NCBI RefSeq assembly: GCF_006345805.1
Contig: NC_043008.1
Coordinates: 58,094,001 to 58,158,000, forward strand
Direction of reading: 5' to 3'
From: Octopus sinensis
Taxonomy: Eukaryota
DNA: 64,000 nucleotides
Part shown: one piece after another, positions 1-13,527 of the stretch
How the letters are laid out: every line of letters begins with the position of its first letter
How positions within the stretch are numbered: position 1 is the stretch's first letter
Translations under genes and position numbers: made by a program
The notes under the pieces: model-generated
Told to the model about the DNA's origin: nothing
The model's database searches: none
Seen by the model: only the letters and a program-made list of their open reading frames with translations

Positions 1-91
1 TATAATATTCTCATTTGATATATTTAACTAAAGATTTATATACACATACATATATTTGATGTTTGCTTCATCCTGACAGATGATAGCCATC

Positions 92-140
<49 letters not shown>

Positions 141-157
141 CATATATATTTATATAC

Positions 158-307
158 AATTGTCACTAATTGTGAGTGTTGGTGCAGGGTACCACCTATA
201 TTAGAAATAAGTGTTAAAAATCCTTTTTGCATCTCTACGGGATTTTAACTCTTATTTCTAGCAATATAGGTGCTACCCTGCACTGTCAACCACAATTAGT
301 GACAATT
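158..307. mobile_element. Palindromic MITE-like fold-back element
   Basis: Long imperfect inverted arms AATTGTCACTAATTGTG...GTGCAGGGTACCACCTATATTAGAAATAAG / CTTATTTCTAGCAATATAGGTGCTACCCTGCAC...CACAATTAGTGACAATT. Confidence 0.6.
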
Positions 308-687
308 TAATTGTTCCCTTTTGGTTTTATATTCCGTATCCTGCCTTTATTATTTTATATATGTATATATATATATATTTAAATAATTTTAAAATTTAAA
401 TATTTAAATAATTAAATATTAAATAATTATGTTCTCTAACTGGCAACATTAACTGCAGTGAAATAATTATCTACTGCAGAACTGTTTCCGGGATTTAGCA
501 CGCCAGAACTTAGACATTTGAAAATAACCCCAATATAATCGGTAGAACTATACAAATATCTAATTTTATGAGGACAACCTGTATATAGTTCTACAAATTA
601 TATTGAATTAGAACGATCATAATGAAGAGTCCATGGACGATGTTACTTTTTTACTCTTTTACTCTTTTACTCTTTTACTCTTTTCAG

Positions 688-700
688 AATAAGATTTTAC
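688..700 (+). other. Candidate 13-nt microexon upstream of the terminal exon
   Basis: Long (TACTCTTT)n pyrimidine tract ending TTTTCAG, then AATAAGATTTTAC, then GTAAGT; phase compatible with the acceptor at 968 (NKIL-R). Confidence 0.3.
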
Positions 701-784
701 GTAAGTAAAATCATTATGACGAAAGTGGTCTATTATTAATTCTATATTTTTGTATATTTTCATCTGTCTTACCCGCTTATGTTC

Positions 785-890
785 TGGTGTTGGCTAAATT
801 TCTCTAGAGAACATTATTTTCTTTGTGGTTAGATTGTAGGTGATCTTCTTCTAGCATATTGGATGTCCACTTAGTGGTCATCCCTTATTA
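785..890 (-). mobile_element. Diverged partial copy of the MITE family arrayed at 15977-16659
   Basis: Aligns by eye to the reverse complement of the 16270-16395 copy (GCTAAATTT...GAGAACATT...GATC..CTTCTAGCATA...GTCCAC.TAGTGGTCATCCCT). Confidence 0.6.
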
Positions 891-967
891 TACACATGTA
901 TATATATATATACACACATATATATATATGTCAAATCCCCTAACCTGATTTCTATTTTCTTTAACAG

Positions 968-1215
968 GAAGCCAGAGCTCAAAAAAGGGTGCTTATCAAG
1001 AGGCAGCGGAACTTCCCCACACAGAGTTTGCGCCGAAATACAAGGTCTATGACTACCTCCCGGGACAAACCAATCGAGACACGACTATGCTTATTGATCT
1101 GCCTCATAGTCCGGGTCAGTCTAAAAGACAACACAGGAAATCAAATTTGGACAATTCTGTAATATGCAATGATGATGATAAAGAGGAAACATCATTAAAG
1201 GCTGCTAAAACATAA
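968..1215 (+). CDS. Terminal coding exon of an unidentified protein (gene begins upstream of the window)
   Basis: Acceptor TTTCTATTTTCTTTAACAG at 967; 2 nt plus an 82-codon frame (SQSSKKGAYQEAAELPHTEFAPKYKVYDYLPGQTNRDTTML...SLKAAKT*) ending TAA 1213-1215; non-repetitive and GC-richer than flanks. Confidence 0.7.
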
Positions 1216-1960
1216 TGGAATCCTTTCAGTTGGGGGTTTCTGAATTAATTCCATTCAAATCTTATTCCGAAAAATCAACCATTGAAGAGAAGAGAGTAAA
1301 ATAAAACTGATTTGTGTTCATTTATTTTTATAATCGAAAGTCATCTGTTCAAACATAACTACTCAAATAATTTCAATAACTCAATGAAAATACATATAAA
1401 TTGATTGAATGTTAAAGATTGAAGAGAATATAACATTTTTTAAAGCATTTTCATTCAGTTTCCATCAAAAATAAACTAATGTATGAAGTAAGAAACAAAA
1501 ACTTCACCAAAAATTATAAGAAAAAAACTATATAACAGTTGTCTATAGGTCACTTCTAAAAATTTGGAATGGTTAATGACCCACACTGGAACATAATGCC
1601 TATAAATGATAGCATGCAACACTGACAAAACAGAAATTGCTTACAAGCTGGCATTTAATAAAGAATTGTCGAAACATATTAAATGAAATTTGATGACAGA
1701 TTTTGCCTATGTCTGGCACACAAATTAGAAATTTCCTCAACATCCATTGTATGAAACAGGAATTGCATGCAGTAAGTACACAAGACTGAAATTGCCTTTA
1801 ACTGGAATAAAATGGAGAAACTGCTACACATGGCGAAGAAAATTACCACGAAAAATTGCTATAAAGCTGAAAAATGGCTATGGAAATTAATGAGAAGACT
1901 GATATATTTAAGGCTGTACTATGAGATTAAAACATTCTTAATAAGGATATTATAACTCTT
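1216..1960 (+). other. Probable 3' UTR with polyadenylation signals
   Basis: Microsatellite-free AT-rich sequence after the stop; AATAAA at 1470, 1657 and 1806. Confidence 0.45.
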
Positions 1961-2176
1961 ATACTTCTATTTAATCAGTTAGATTTTCACTTCGACAACT
2001 TAGAAACCTTTATTTAGATATGAAGTCTTTCAAGCCTCTTCAAATGGTTAGGTTGTATGTGTGGTATATTCTTCAATACTGTGAGCGAGAGTTTATCCAT
2101 ACAAACATTGCATTTTTTGGTTTATGACTTTATCCACTGCTCCATGCCAAAAGAGATGATATGTATTCTGTTTTAC

Positions 2177-2255
<79 letters not shown>

Positions 2256-2272
2256 ACACACATATATGTGTG

Positions 2273-2306
<34 letters not shown>

Positions 2307-3024
2307 AGTATATGTATATATATATATATATACACACACACATATATGTATATATATATATACATGTGTGTATATGCTCCAAGACTGAGCTGAATGAAAT
2401 GAGAGATAAACTGAATATATCATAGAAATCAGTTTTGTCTTTTCTACATTATCAAATTCCTTCCTCTCTGTGTATGGGGGAAGGTCTTACATTAAAATAA
2501 GTACCAGTAATATTTAGAGGTTGAATCACTTGAAAATATCCTCCTCCACCACGACGACGACCACCACCACCACTACTACTACCATCACACCAATACCTGC
2601 CAACAAAAATTGGTCTTGTGCCAAATCAAATACCCAATGTATTGAATTATATATCTATTATATTATATACCACTTTATATAGCTATATAAACATGTAATA
2701 TATCTATTACATTATCTATAGCTATATATAATCTAACATATTTATTTTATTATCAAACTCTATTTATATGTTATATATCTATTATATTATATAGCTATTG
2801 CAATATATAGTCATATATATAACATAACATGTAATGTATTTATTATATGGCAATTATATTTTATCATTATTATTATTACATTACAAACTATTATATCTCA
2901 TATCATATAGGTATTATATAATATACTATGATAATATATCTTTATTACACTGTAATCTCTGTTATATTGTATCTCTATTGTACAATATGTACACACACAC
3001 ATATATATATGAATATATATATGA

Positions 3025-3087
<63 letters not shown>

Positions 3088-3720
3088 TAATATATTTATA
3101 TATGTGTGTATGTATATATAATATATATGTGTGTGTGTGTGTGTATGTAAGAATGATGTCTTTTAAATATTTTCTTGTAACTTCCCATTCTATGTTATTC
3201 TTCACATTTTCTCAATACTTATGGATGTCTTTATAAGAAACTCACTAAACATACATTAGGTTACATTTGGTCATTCCATTCCTTCCTTAAGTATACACAA
3301 ACATACTAAATTCAATATAGTACAACTGGTATGTAGATAACTTCTGTATTATACAGCATGTTATACAATGGAGTACTGAATAAATTTACACTGCATACTG
3401 AAAATTTGTATTGTATAATGCAAACACACACAGACACACACACATTGTTGATGTCATAAGAATATAGAAACTGTCAAGAGAATGTGAAACTATTCCGTTT
3501 TTGAAACAGTGAATCTCAAAAGAGATGAAGCTATAATGATAATGTGCAAATATCGGGCTAAAAAAAAAAACCCTTGAATAGAAAATGTTGAAGGCTGCCT
3601 GTGAGACATGAACTCACATCTCCTGTAAACATGACAGGTGTTTTACCATTGAACCAAAGCTATCTTTCAAATTTCTCTACATCTATTTCAAGCTTCACTG
3701 TTTCAAAAATAAAAAAAATT

Positions 3721-3757
<37 letters not shown>

Positions 3758-3894
3758 AGAAATAGGGCAAATTTATGTAATACAGAACCTATTTTATTGG
3801 GCATAAATATATATTTCAATTATTTATTATGTGGTATTATTCTCTCCTGATATTTGTATAACAGGGTAAATTTATAAGCTATATAGATGAAGGG

Positions 3895-4235
3895 GAGTCT
3901 CTTGGGTAGTCCAGCAATGGCTTTGATATATTTCTGGCAACTCTAGGGCAGGTGGAAGCCTGGAACTTAGCTGCTCTGTAAGGGAGTTCATATAGGAGAA
4001 GGCTGCTCCTATGTAAAACCTACTGCTTGCTCATCATCACAGCTGTCTTGGCACACTGAGCCGCTGTGGTCAGACCTCCAAGTCTAAAGAGTGAGATTGG
4101 ATCGCACAGACTGACTCACACTTTGAAAGTGCTAAGTGTAGCTAGGAAGAAAATTCTTGCAGTGATGGAGAAGAGATGAAAATGAGAGACACTGGTGGTC
4201 AGGATCTCCACGCCTCATGTAGGCTTGATGGTGAT
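3895..4235 (+). mobile_element. Degenerate RTE-clade LINE 3' fragment
   Basis: Broken frame resembling the RTE C-terminal CG..C.S..G..SH.R.H motif (TGTGGTCAGACCTCCAAGTCT...GGATCGCACAGACTGACTCAC). Confidence 0.35.
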
Positions 4236-4400
4236 TTTTGGACATGAAAATCTCATCTCATGATTTTTGGACACGAAAAACTGCCATCAGTATATATATA
4301 TAATGTACTGTTCCATGATTGAAGGATCAGCAAAAAAAAAGTACTCCATCTGGTGAGAGATAAACATTATTTATTTAAAGGACACAATACATGTCTTTAG

Positions 4401-4457
4401 GTGCTACTAATAGTTTCATATCTTGAGAAATATCTCAGACATATATTCATCAGGTAC
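4401..4457 (-). ncRNA. Minimal type I hammerhead ribozyme motif (Penelope-like remnant)
   Basis: Minus strand GUAC-CUGAUGA-[stem II]-GAA-ACUA U UAGU-A^GCAC; intact core, GUA cleavage triplet, stem I 3 of 4 bp. Confidence 0.6.
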
Positions 4458-4599
4458 AAACCTCATATCATAACGAAGTAAAAAAATTGAATAAGAGAGG
4501 TTAAACGAGAAAAAGCTGAGAAGGTAGCATATAGAAAATGCATAAGATTAAAAAGAAAAAATATATATATATATTTATGTATGTGTGTATGTGTGTATA

Positions 4600-4925
4600 A
4601 TAGGAGAACTCCGTCGGTTGTGATGACGAGGGTTCCAGCTGATATGATCAATGGAACAGCTTGCTCATGAGATTAACGTGCCAGTGGCTGAGCACTCCAC
4701 AGACACGCGTATCCTTAATGTAGTTCTTGGGGAGATTCAGCGTGACACAGGTTGTAACAAGGCTGGCCCTTTGAGAAACAGGTACTACTCAATTTTGCCA
4801 GCTGAGTGGACTGGAGCAACGTGAAATAAAGTGTCTTGCTCAAGGACACAATGCGCTGCCAGGAATTGAACTCACAACCTTACAGTCATAAGCTGAATGC
4901 CCTTAACCACTAAGCCACGCACCTT
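4600..4925 (-). mobile_element. tRNA-derived SINE (core type X, tail type 1)
   Basis: tRNA-like head with A/B boxes at about 4850-4925, CTTGAGCAAGACACTTTATTTCACGTTGCTCCAG core, tail shared with 59945-60332. Confidence 0.75.
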
Positions 4926-4981
4926 CATGTGTTTGTGTGTGTGTGTGTGTGTGTGTCTATACACACACACACACATACACA

Positions 4982-5019
<38 letters not shown>

Positions 5020-5029
5020 CACATACACA

Positions 5030-5156
5030 TTATTCTTAAACAAAAATATCATTGACAGTGACTTCGAAGTTCCAGCCAGCTAAGCCATTGTCAAATGACA
5101 GCTTAGCTGGTCAAAACTTCAGAGTTACTGTCAATATTATTCTCTTTTAAGAATAA
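5030..5156. repeat. About 127-bp imperfect hairpin (MITE-like)
   Basis: TTATTCTTAAA..ATTGACAGTGAC..GAAGTT..CCAGCTAAGC / GCTTAGCTGG..AACTTC..GTTACTGTCAAT..TTTAAGAATAA. Confidence 0.6.
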
Positions 5157-5237
5157 CAAATTTGTTCTCTACAAAACTAACTGAACAACATAAGAACACA
5201 CACACACACACACACGCACAGGTATAGCATAAAGCCT

Positions 5238-5375
5238 ATTTATAGAATATAAGAGCAATTTATAGAATATAGGAGCATTTTATATAGTATAGGGCATTTT
5301 ATAGAGTATAGGAGCAGTTTATATAATGTAAGAAAATTTTATATAGTATAGGGGGCAATTTATATAGTATGCAAT
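5238..5375. repeat. Degenerate minisatellite, about 20-21 bp unit
   Basis: Repeated TTTATA(G/T)A(A/G)TATAGGAGCA-like units. Confidence 0.7.
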
Positions 5376-5570
5376 TATGCTATTCTTGCCATACTCATCA
5401 TTTTTGTAATTCTGTCATTGTGATTTTCATCGTCATAATTATCTTAGTTTGTCAGCATCTTGATTATTATTGCCCCTTTTATAATCATCATCATCGTCAT
5501 TATCGTCACCACCACCACCACCACCACCACCACCATCACCATCACCATCCTCATCATCATCATCACCACC

Positions 5571-5617
<47 letters not shown>

Positions 5618-5920
5618 TAACCTTGTCCCTTGAGATCTCTGGTTGAGACTTGGGTGCAACTTGTATAAATCAAAGCAAAACCAAACGTAATATAATGATG
5701 ATGATGATGATAATAATAATCCTTTGTAGTAAAGGGTACAAGGCCTGAAGTTTTAAGGGATTGGGAGAAGGAGGATAGTCGATTACATCAACCCCAGTAT
5801 TTCACTGGTACTTATTTTATCAACCCTGAAAGGATGAAAGGCAAAGTGGACCTTGGCGGAGTTTGGACTTCCACTCAGAACGTAAAGATGGATGAAATGC
5901 CACTAAGCATTTTGAATATT

Positions 5921-5958
<38 letters not shown>

Positions 5959-6277
5959 TAATAATAATTGTCATCATCTGCATCATCATCATCATCATCA
6001 TCATCACTGGAAACACCATCATAACAACTAACAGCACCAGTATTGTTACTATCACTACCATCCTGTTACCATCTTTATCACCATTTCCATCTTTATCACC
6101 ACCTCAGCAGCAGCAGCAGCAGCAAAGACTGCAACACCACCATCACCACCACCTTCTTCCAAATTAACATCAAGTTCATCTTTGATATGGGAGCCATTAC
6201 AAGATTGTGCACGATCTGCTAGAAATAACAGTGAAATTAATTACTTCAAAACCACACTTTTGTTATCTTGGAAAAAA

Positions 6278-6312
<35 letters not shown>

Positions 6313-7308
6313 TACAAACGAAAACAAAAATATGAAACAAAGCAAAACAAAAAATAGAACAAAACAACAAAATAAAAATGGAAGATTACATTGAACAATG
6401 AAAATCCGAGATTTTACAAAGATACTGAAATATTCATGGCTAGAATTCCTATTCATCATACGCCTGCTCAATCAGGCCAGGTTGGAAGTAATCAACAACA
6501 ACAACAACAACAATAACAAACCACCATCATCATCATTATCATTATCAACACCTATCATCATCATCAACATCATCATCATCAACATTGTTTCACTGTTTTG
6601 ATTTTTTTTCCCCTATTTCTCTGTCCTGGGTTGTGTAGGTTTGTTTATGGATGTCTCCAATCTATCTTGATTATAAACATTCTCACCTGATTTATACCTG
6701 CCTAATGATAATATAGAGATAATAATGAGCTTTATTGTATACAGTGCTCAGGTACGCTGCGACTCATTGTCTGTGAAAGAGAAAGTGTGCCTGCAGAGGG
6801 GGTATGAAACCCATAATCCTTGGATAGCTTATAAAGCCCATAAAAGTTTGATGCTCTACCGACTGAGCTCTGTATATGATATATGTTATTATATACACCT
6901 TATGTATCACATGATAACACAGTGATATAGCTACATACATACATACATACATACGTACATACATACATACATATATACATGCATACATGCATACATATAT
7001 ACATATCTATATAGTAATACACACACACACGCCATGCACACATGAAATTATTGTGTGTGTGTATATATATGTATATATATATATGTTAATATATATATAA
7101 TATATGTGTATATATATATATATATATTATATATATATATATACATATATTGCACACACACACACACACACACCACACCACACACATCCACCATACACAA
7201 CACAACACATACACACACATGAAATTAATTGTGCATGTGTGTGTGTATATATATGTATATATATATATATTGCACACACACAAACACACACACAGACACA
7301 TGAATTAT

Positions 7309-7339
<31 letters not shown>

Positions 7340-7550
7340 CTATCGTTGCACACACACATGTATAATCAAACAGACTATGAAGAGGCTGGTGTTGGATCTG
7401 TGTTGGCAAGGCTTATGTTACATAGCAAAAATGCTAAAAAGAGTACTGTGAACTTGCCGTGAGGAGTGGAAGAATCCAGCATGTTGGACACAGTCTTTCT
7501 TCAAGGAAAAGTTGTAGCTGCTTCTCATTAATTTATCTCCTTTCAATTTT

Positions 7551-7582
7551 CCCCTGATGAAGGACTCTGTCTGAAATGTTGG
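7551..7582 (+). ncRNA. Degenerate minimal hammerhead motif
   Basis: CC-CUGAUGA-A-GGAC UCU GUCU-GAA-AUGU-U^GG; helix III AUGU is consistent with CpG decay of ACGU; stem I only 2 bp. Confidence 0.4.
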
Positions 7583-8646
7583 ATTTACCACTCTCCACTG
7601 CAAGTTCATCATATTCTCTTTAGCAATTTTATTACCATCATCAGCATCATCATCATCGTTTAACATCTGTTTTCCATGCTGGCATGGGTTGGACATATAT
7701 ATATATATATATATATAAGCACATATTCTAAATGATATATTCTACATGTAGTATATTCTGTATTCACAGAGTGTACCGGAAACTTATATATATATTGGGT
7801 AGGGATACACAGAACCATGCAAAAATAATATAAATAAGTTAGAGACAGACCACTCTATGTTCTCACATGCATTGGTGGCTTGTTCTAACATCTAAATCTC
7901 CCCTCAAAAAACACTCCCACCATTATGAATAAGGAAGAATCTATTGGAAAACATAATACTAGACACCCCTAAAAAGACAAATAGGATGCTTAATGCTATT
8001 TGGCCCTGATTCTCCATGCTCTAAGTTCAAACTCCACCAAGATCAACCTTGCTGTTCATTACCTTCAGGATTGATAAATGAGTACTAATTCTAGGCATTG
8101 GATTAGCAGAACTGTAAGAATGCTGGGCTGACACCTTGTGACATTTGTTTTAGATTTTTAAAAATTTTTATTTATTTTTATTTATTTATTTATTTATTTT
8201 TTACTTTCTGTGTTCAAATCTTGCCATGATCTTCTTGTGTGGTAGACAGAATTCATTGCCCAGTTTCACACAACCACCTGGGTCTTGGGTGCCTTTAGCA
8301 GAGTCTAGAGTCTACTTAGGTGCAGTCATTTGGGGGCTGAGTTTCCACTTTGAGAACACCTTCCTCCATCCTTCCCAAAGTCTTGGGGCCATCTAAAGCA
8401 GGGATTTTCAACCACCTGCCTGAGCCATGGATTATTTGGTACCAGAAAGAATAAATGTTTAAACTCCATTTCTGTTTTAATGACTATCAAAGTCTTCACG
8501 GTGCTTTTTTTGCAATATATATACATATTATATATGATATATATTTATTATATATATAATATATATATACATATATATATATATTAATGCTTTTTATATA
8601 AGTGTATTATATTTATAATATATGCATTATATATATAATATATATT

Positions 8647-8692
<46 letters not shown>

Positions 8693-10500
8693 TATATATA
8701 TATATATGCGTGTATTATATATATGTATTTATTTATAATATATATGCATTATATATATAATATATATTTATATATACATATATATCTATATATATATATA
8801 TTATACACAACACATATATATATATATATGCGTGTATTATGCATATATGTATTATATTTATAATATATATAAACACATTATATATATAATATATATGTAT
8901 TATGTTTATAATACATATGCATTATATATGTAATATAAATGTATTATATATGTAATAATTAAATTATATATTATGCACATCATTGTGTTTTGTTATGCAC
9001 CTGATTTTTTTCAATCTCTAGAAGAAATTGCCTTGCATGAAACCATTCCATAGTTCAAAAAGGTTGGGGATTCCTGCTCTAAAGGACCATAAACTGTGTT
9101 CTCTTCCGACAAGAAGAAGCAAAGAAAGAAAAAAAACCTAAAAGTAGAAAATGGTTTGTTTCACACCAAACCAATTTACTGGAAAAGAATTGTAACCATT
9201 TCATGGTTAAATTTATAAGAAAAACACCGTGTATGTGTTTCAGTCAATCCTGAAAATCATTAAGAATTTGGGATGATTTAGTAAAGTAACTTATCGTTTA
9301 TTAACATAGTAAAGAATAAAAACTTTTTATTCTTTACAAACTACACAATGCTTCAAGCAAACTACAATACTCTCCTATTAACACAGTTTTAGTAAATTAA
9401 AAATTTCTACCCTAATTTTCATAAAGAACTTTATGCTAATTCAAATAGGAGCATTTTAAAAGCAAAAGGTTTGTTATCATACAGAAAAAAAACCAAGCTA
9501 ATAGCCAGTGATTTAGTGATCGTTTGGTACCAAAAGTTTTAAAATGAGGTGCTCATTTGCTGGTATAGTCTAAGAGAGTTGAAGAACAATGCCACCATGA
9601 CAGTTGCATCTTAAAGAACCTGCTTTCTTCTAGGAGAGAAGAGGTTATCTCCCTTGAAGTTGCGCACCAGCATGAACTTCATTGTTCCATAAATTTATAA
9701 CCATGTGACACACACATATGCACACATTCACACACTAACACATCACACACACACCCAAAAATGTACACACACATATGCTCACACAGAGGTGCACACACAT
9801 GGGCAAACAAACATACACACACACACACAGTCACATGCATATGTGTGTATGTATGTTGTGTGTATCTGCGTATGTGTGTGTACCTACCTACCTACATACA
9901 TACATGCATGCATACATATATACATACATACATGCATGCATGCATATTTGTATCTTGGTAGAGTGGTTATGCCAATAATAAACTTATGCATCGTGCATCG
10001 ACCTCTAAAAGATAAAAGGCAAAGCCAACCACAGCAGGATTTGAACTCAGAGATTCTCTCCGAGGTCGACTTTGCCCTTCATCTTTTCGGGATCAATGAA
10101 ATAAGAACTAGTTGAGCACTGGGGTCAATGTAATCGATTATCCTCCTGCCACAAAGGTATGTACAAAGTCACAGATGACAGAGAAATTCTCTGATGAAAT
10201 TTTATTTAGACATAAGAAAATTCCAATATCATAACAGATTGTTTCGTAACTTAAAAACTTGTAAGTAATTTATATTATTATATTTAATATTAAATAAATT
10301 TCTTACATGTCTGCATTAATGCAAAAAGCAAAAAAATCCTTCAAAATAATGCAGAATTTAAGCTATGTCTTCAGGTGAAAGAAAGTCGGTTTTAAGTTAT
10401 GGAATAATTTGTCATGATATTAGAATTTTCTTATTTTTTAAATATAATTTCATCAAACTATTTCTCTGTCATTTCTAACTTTATATATACATGCATATAT

Positions 10501-10546
<46 letters not shown>

Positions 10547-10761
10547 TTATCTATATATATACTTATATATATATATGCATTTATACACACATACACACAC
10601 ACACACACATATATATATAAATATGTATATATATATATATATACATCATCATCATCATCATTATCGTTTAATGTCCACTTTCCATGTTAGCATGGGCTGG
10701 ACGATTTTGACTGAGGGCTGGTGAGCCAGATGGCTGCACCATGCTCCAATCTTGATCTGAC

Positions 10762-10801
<40 letters not shown>

Positions 10802-11212
10802 ATACAGTCATAATATTTGAAGCAAGATCTTTAAAAAAATCTTTAAAAAAAAGAGACCAGAATGACTCATATGTTTTGCAAAGGAGTGTTCTTTCCAAAT
10901 GCTTTGTGTCATTCTGATTCTGAAAGACTTGTTTTTGTATAAAAATTAATAATTTTTCATCCAAGGAAATTTACACACACACACACACATCTCCACCTTG
11001 GCCACATTTATTTCCCATAGAATTTCATTCTGGAATTTTACAAAATTAACTGACCATGACGTATTTCTCCCTCCAGTTGTAAAGTGGTTATGTATCTCCA
11101 TCCAATGTCTCTTACTAGTCATCTAATACAGTTAAGGGCTTTATAGATGTGAAACCAGCCATAACATGCAACCTTCTAAATACACAGACACATACACACA
11201 CATACACACACA

Positions 11213-11289
<77 letters not shown>

Positions 11290-11397
11290 GATAGATAGAT
11301 ATATATAAGGACAAGATCGCTAATTTAAATTAAATAACGATCTTATCAAGTGGCCAACATGGAAATAAAAACCTTCAAAGGTAATAATTATTATTAT

Positions 11398-11576
11398 AAT
11401 TACAATTTAGGGTATCTAAGAGATACTGCCATGCTGAAAATAGCAGCCAAGATCTGACTCTAAAACCACGTTAAATGCCCATACATTTTAAATGCCCATA
11501 TATCTAGGTTTTAGAGTCAAATTTTGGCTGCTATGTTCAGCCTGGCAGTATCTCTTAGATACCCTAAATTGTAATT
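11398..11576. mobile_element. 179-bp palindromic MITE (copy 1)
   Basis: Perfect 34-bp TIR AATTACAATTTAGGGTATCTAAGAGATACTGCCA, extended imperfectly to about 70 bp. Confidence 0.7.
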
Positions 11577-11581
11577 TTAAA

Positions 11582-11614
<33 letters not shown>

Positions 11615-11735
11615 ATACATAATATATGAAGTCTATTCATGGAAATCCAGTTAGTGTCTTTCATCATCCTGGATGTACTTCTGGTTACTATATATGTGTG
11701 TGTGTGTGTGTGTATATATCATATATATATATATA

Positions 11736-11802
<67 letters not shown>

Positions 11803-11807
11803 CATAA

Positions 11808-11887
<80 letters not shown>

Positions 11888-12037
11888 ATATACATATATA
11901 TAATATATATACATCATCATCATCATCATTATCGTTTAATGTCCACTTTCCATGTTAGCATGGGCTGGACGATTTTGACTGAGGGCTGGTGAGCCAGATG
12001 GCTGCACCATGCTCCAATCTTGATCTGACATATATAC

Positions 12038-12072
<35 letters not shown>

Positions 12073-12479
12073 TGATACAGTCATAATATTTGAAGCAAGA
12101 TCTTTAAAAAAATCTTTAAAAAAAAGAGACCAGAATGACTCATATGTTTTGCAAAGGAGTGTTCTTTCAAATGCTTTGTGTCATTCTGATTCTGAAAGAC
12201 TTGTTTTTGTATAAAAATAATAATTTTTCATCCAAGGAAATTTACACACACACACATCTCCACCTTGGCCACATTTATTTCCCATAGAATTTCATTCTGG
12301 AATTTTACAAAATTAACTGACCATGACGTATTTCTCCCTCCAGTTGTAAAGTGGTTATGTATCTCCATCCAATGTCTCTTACTAGTCATCTAATACAGTT
12401 AAGGGCTTTATAGATGTGAAACCAGCCATAACATGCAACCTTCTAAATACACAGACACATACACACACATACACACACA

Positions 12480-12535
<56 letters not shown>

Positions 12536-12641
12536 TAGATAGATATATATAAGGACAAGATCGCTAATTTAAATTAAATAACGATCTTATCAAGTGGCCA
12601 ACATGGAAATAAAAACCTTCAAAGGTAATAATTATTATTAT

Positions 12642-12820
12642 AATTACAATTTAGGGTATCTAAGAGATACTGCCATGCTGAAAATAGCAGCCAAGATCTG
12701 ACTCTAAAACCACGTTAAATGCCCATACATTTTAAATGCCCATATATCTAGGTTTTAGAGTCAAATTTTGGCTGCTATGTTCAGCCTGGCAGTATCTCTT
12801 AGATACCCTAAATTGTAATT
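12642..12820. mobile_element. 179-bp palindromic MITE (copy 2, within the duplication)
   Basis: Matches 11398-11576 by eye. Confidence 0.7.
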
Positions 12821-12822
12821 TT

Positions 12823-12883
<61 letters not shown>

Positions 12884-12971
12884 TATATGAAGTCTATTCA
12901 TGGAAATCCAGTTAGTGTCTTTCATCATCCTGGATGTACTTCTGGTTTACTATATATGTGTGTGTGTGTAT

Positions 12972-13169
<198 letters not shown>

Positions 13170-13527
13170 CACATATATCTAGGTATAAATGTGTGTGAGA
13201 TTTGTGTGTGCATGTATGTATTTATGTTTATACTATCCTTTGTCTATATTTTTCATTTGTTTTCATACAACTAACAATCTTCTTTATTTTTCTCTCTTGA
13301 AACTCACTTGGAGCAAAGGCCAAGACATTTATTTAACCAATACTTAATGGATGCCAATGCTTCCCGAAGCTGCTAGGCTGCCTTGCAGGCCAATATTTTA
13401 TGTCAAGACGAACTATTTATATTCAAATGATGAGCCAATCATATATTGAAAGATTATGGAATATTTTTATTCTTTATTTAATTCATAAATCAAAGTAATT
13501 GAAAGCAAAATGAAATGGGAAATGTCT

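Noticed and set aside
55-92. Hammerhead-like remnant (minus), similar to about 16828-16862
   Set aside because: Core mutated (CUGUCAG / CUGACAA) and GAAA lost; possibly the same PLE class but not supportable.
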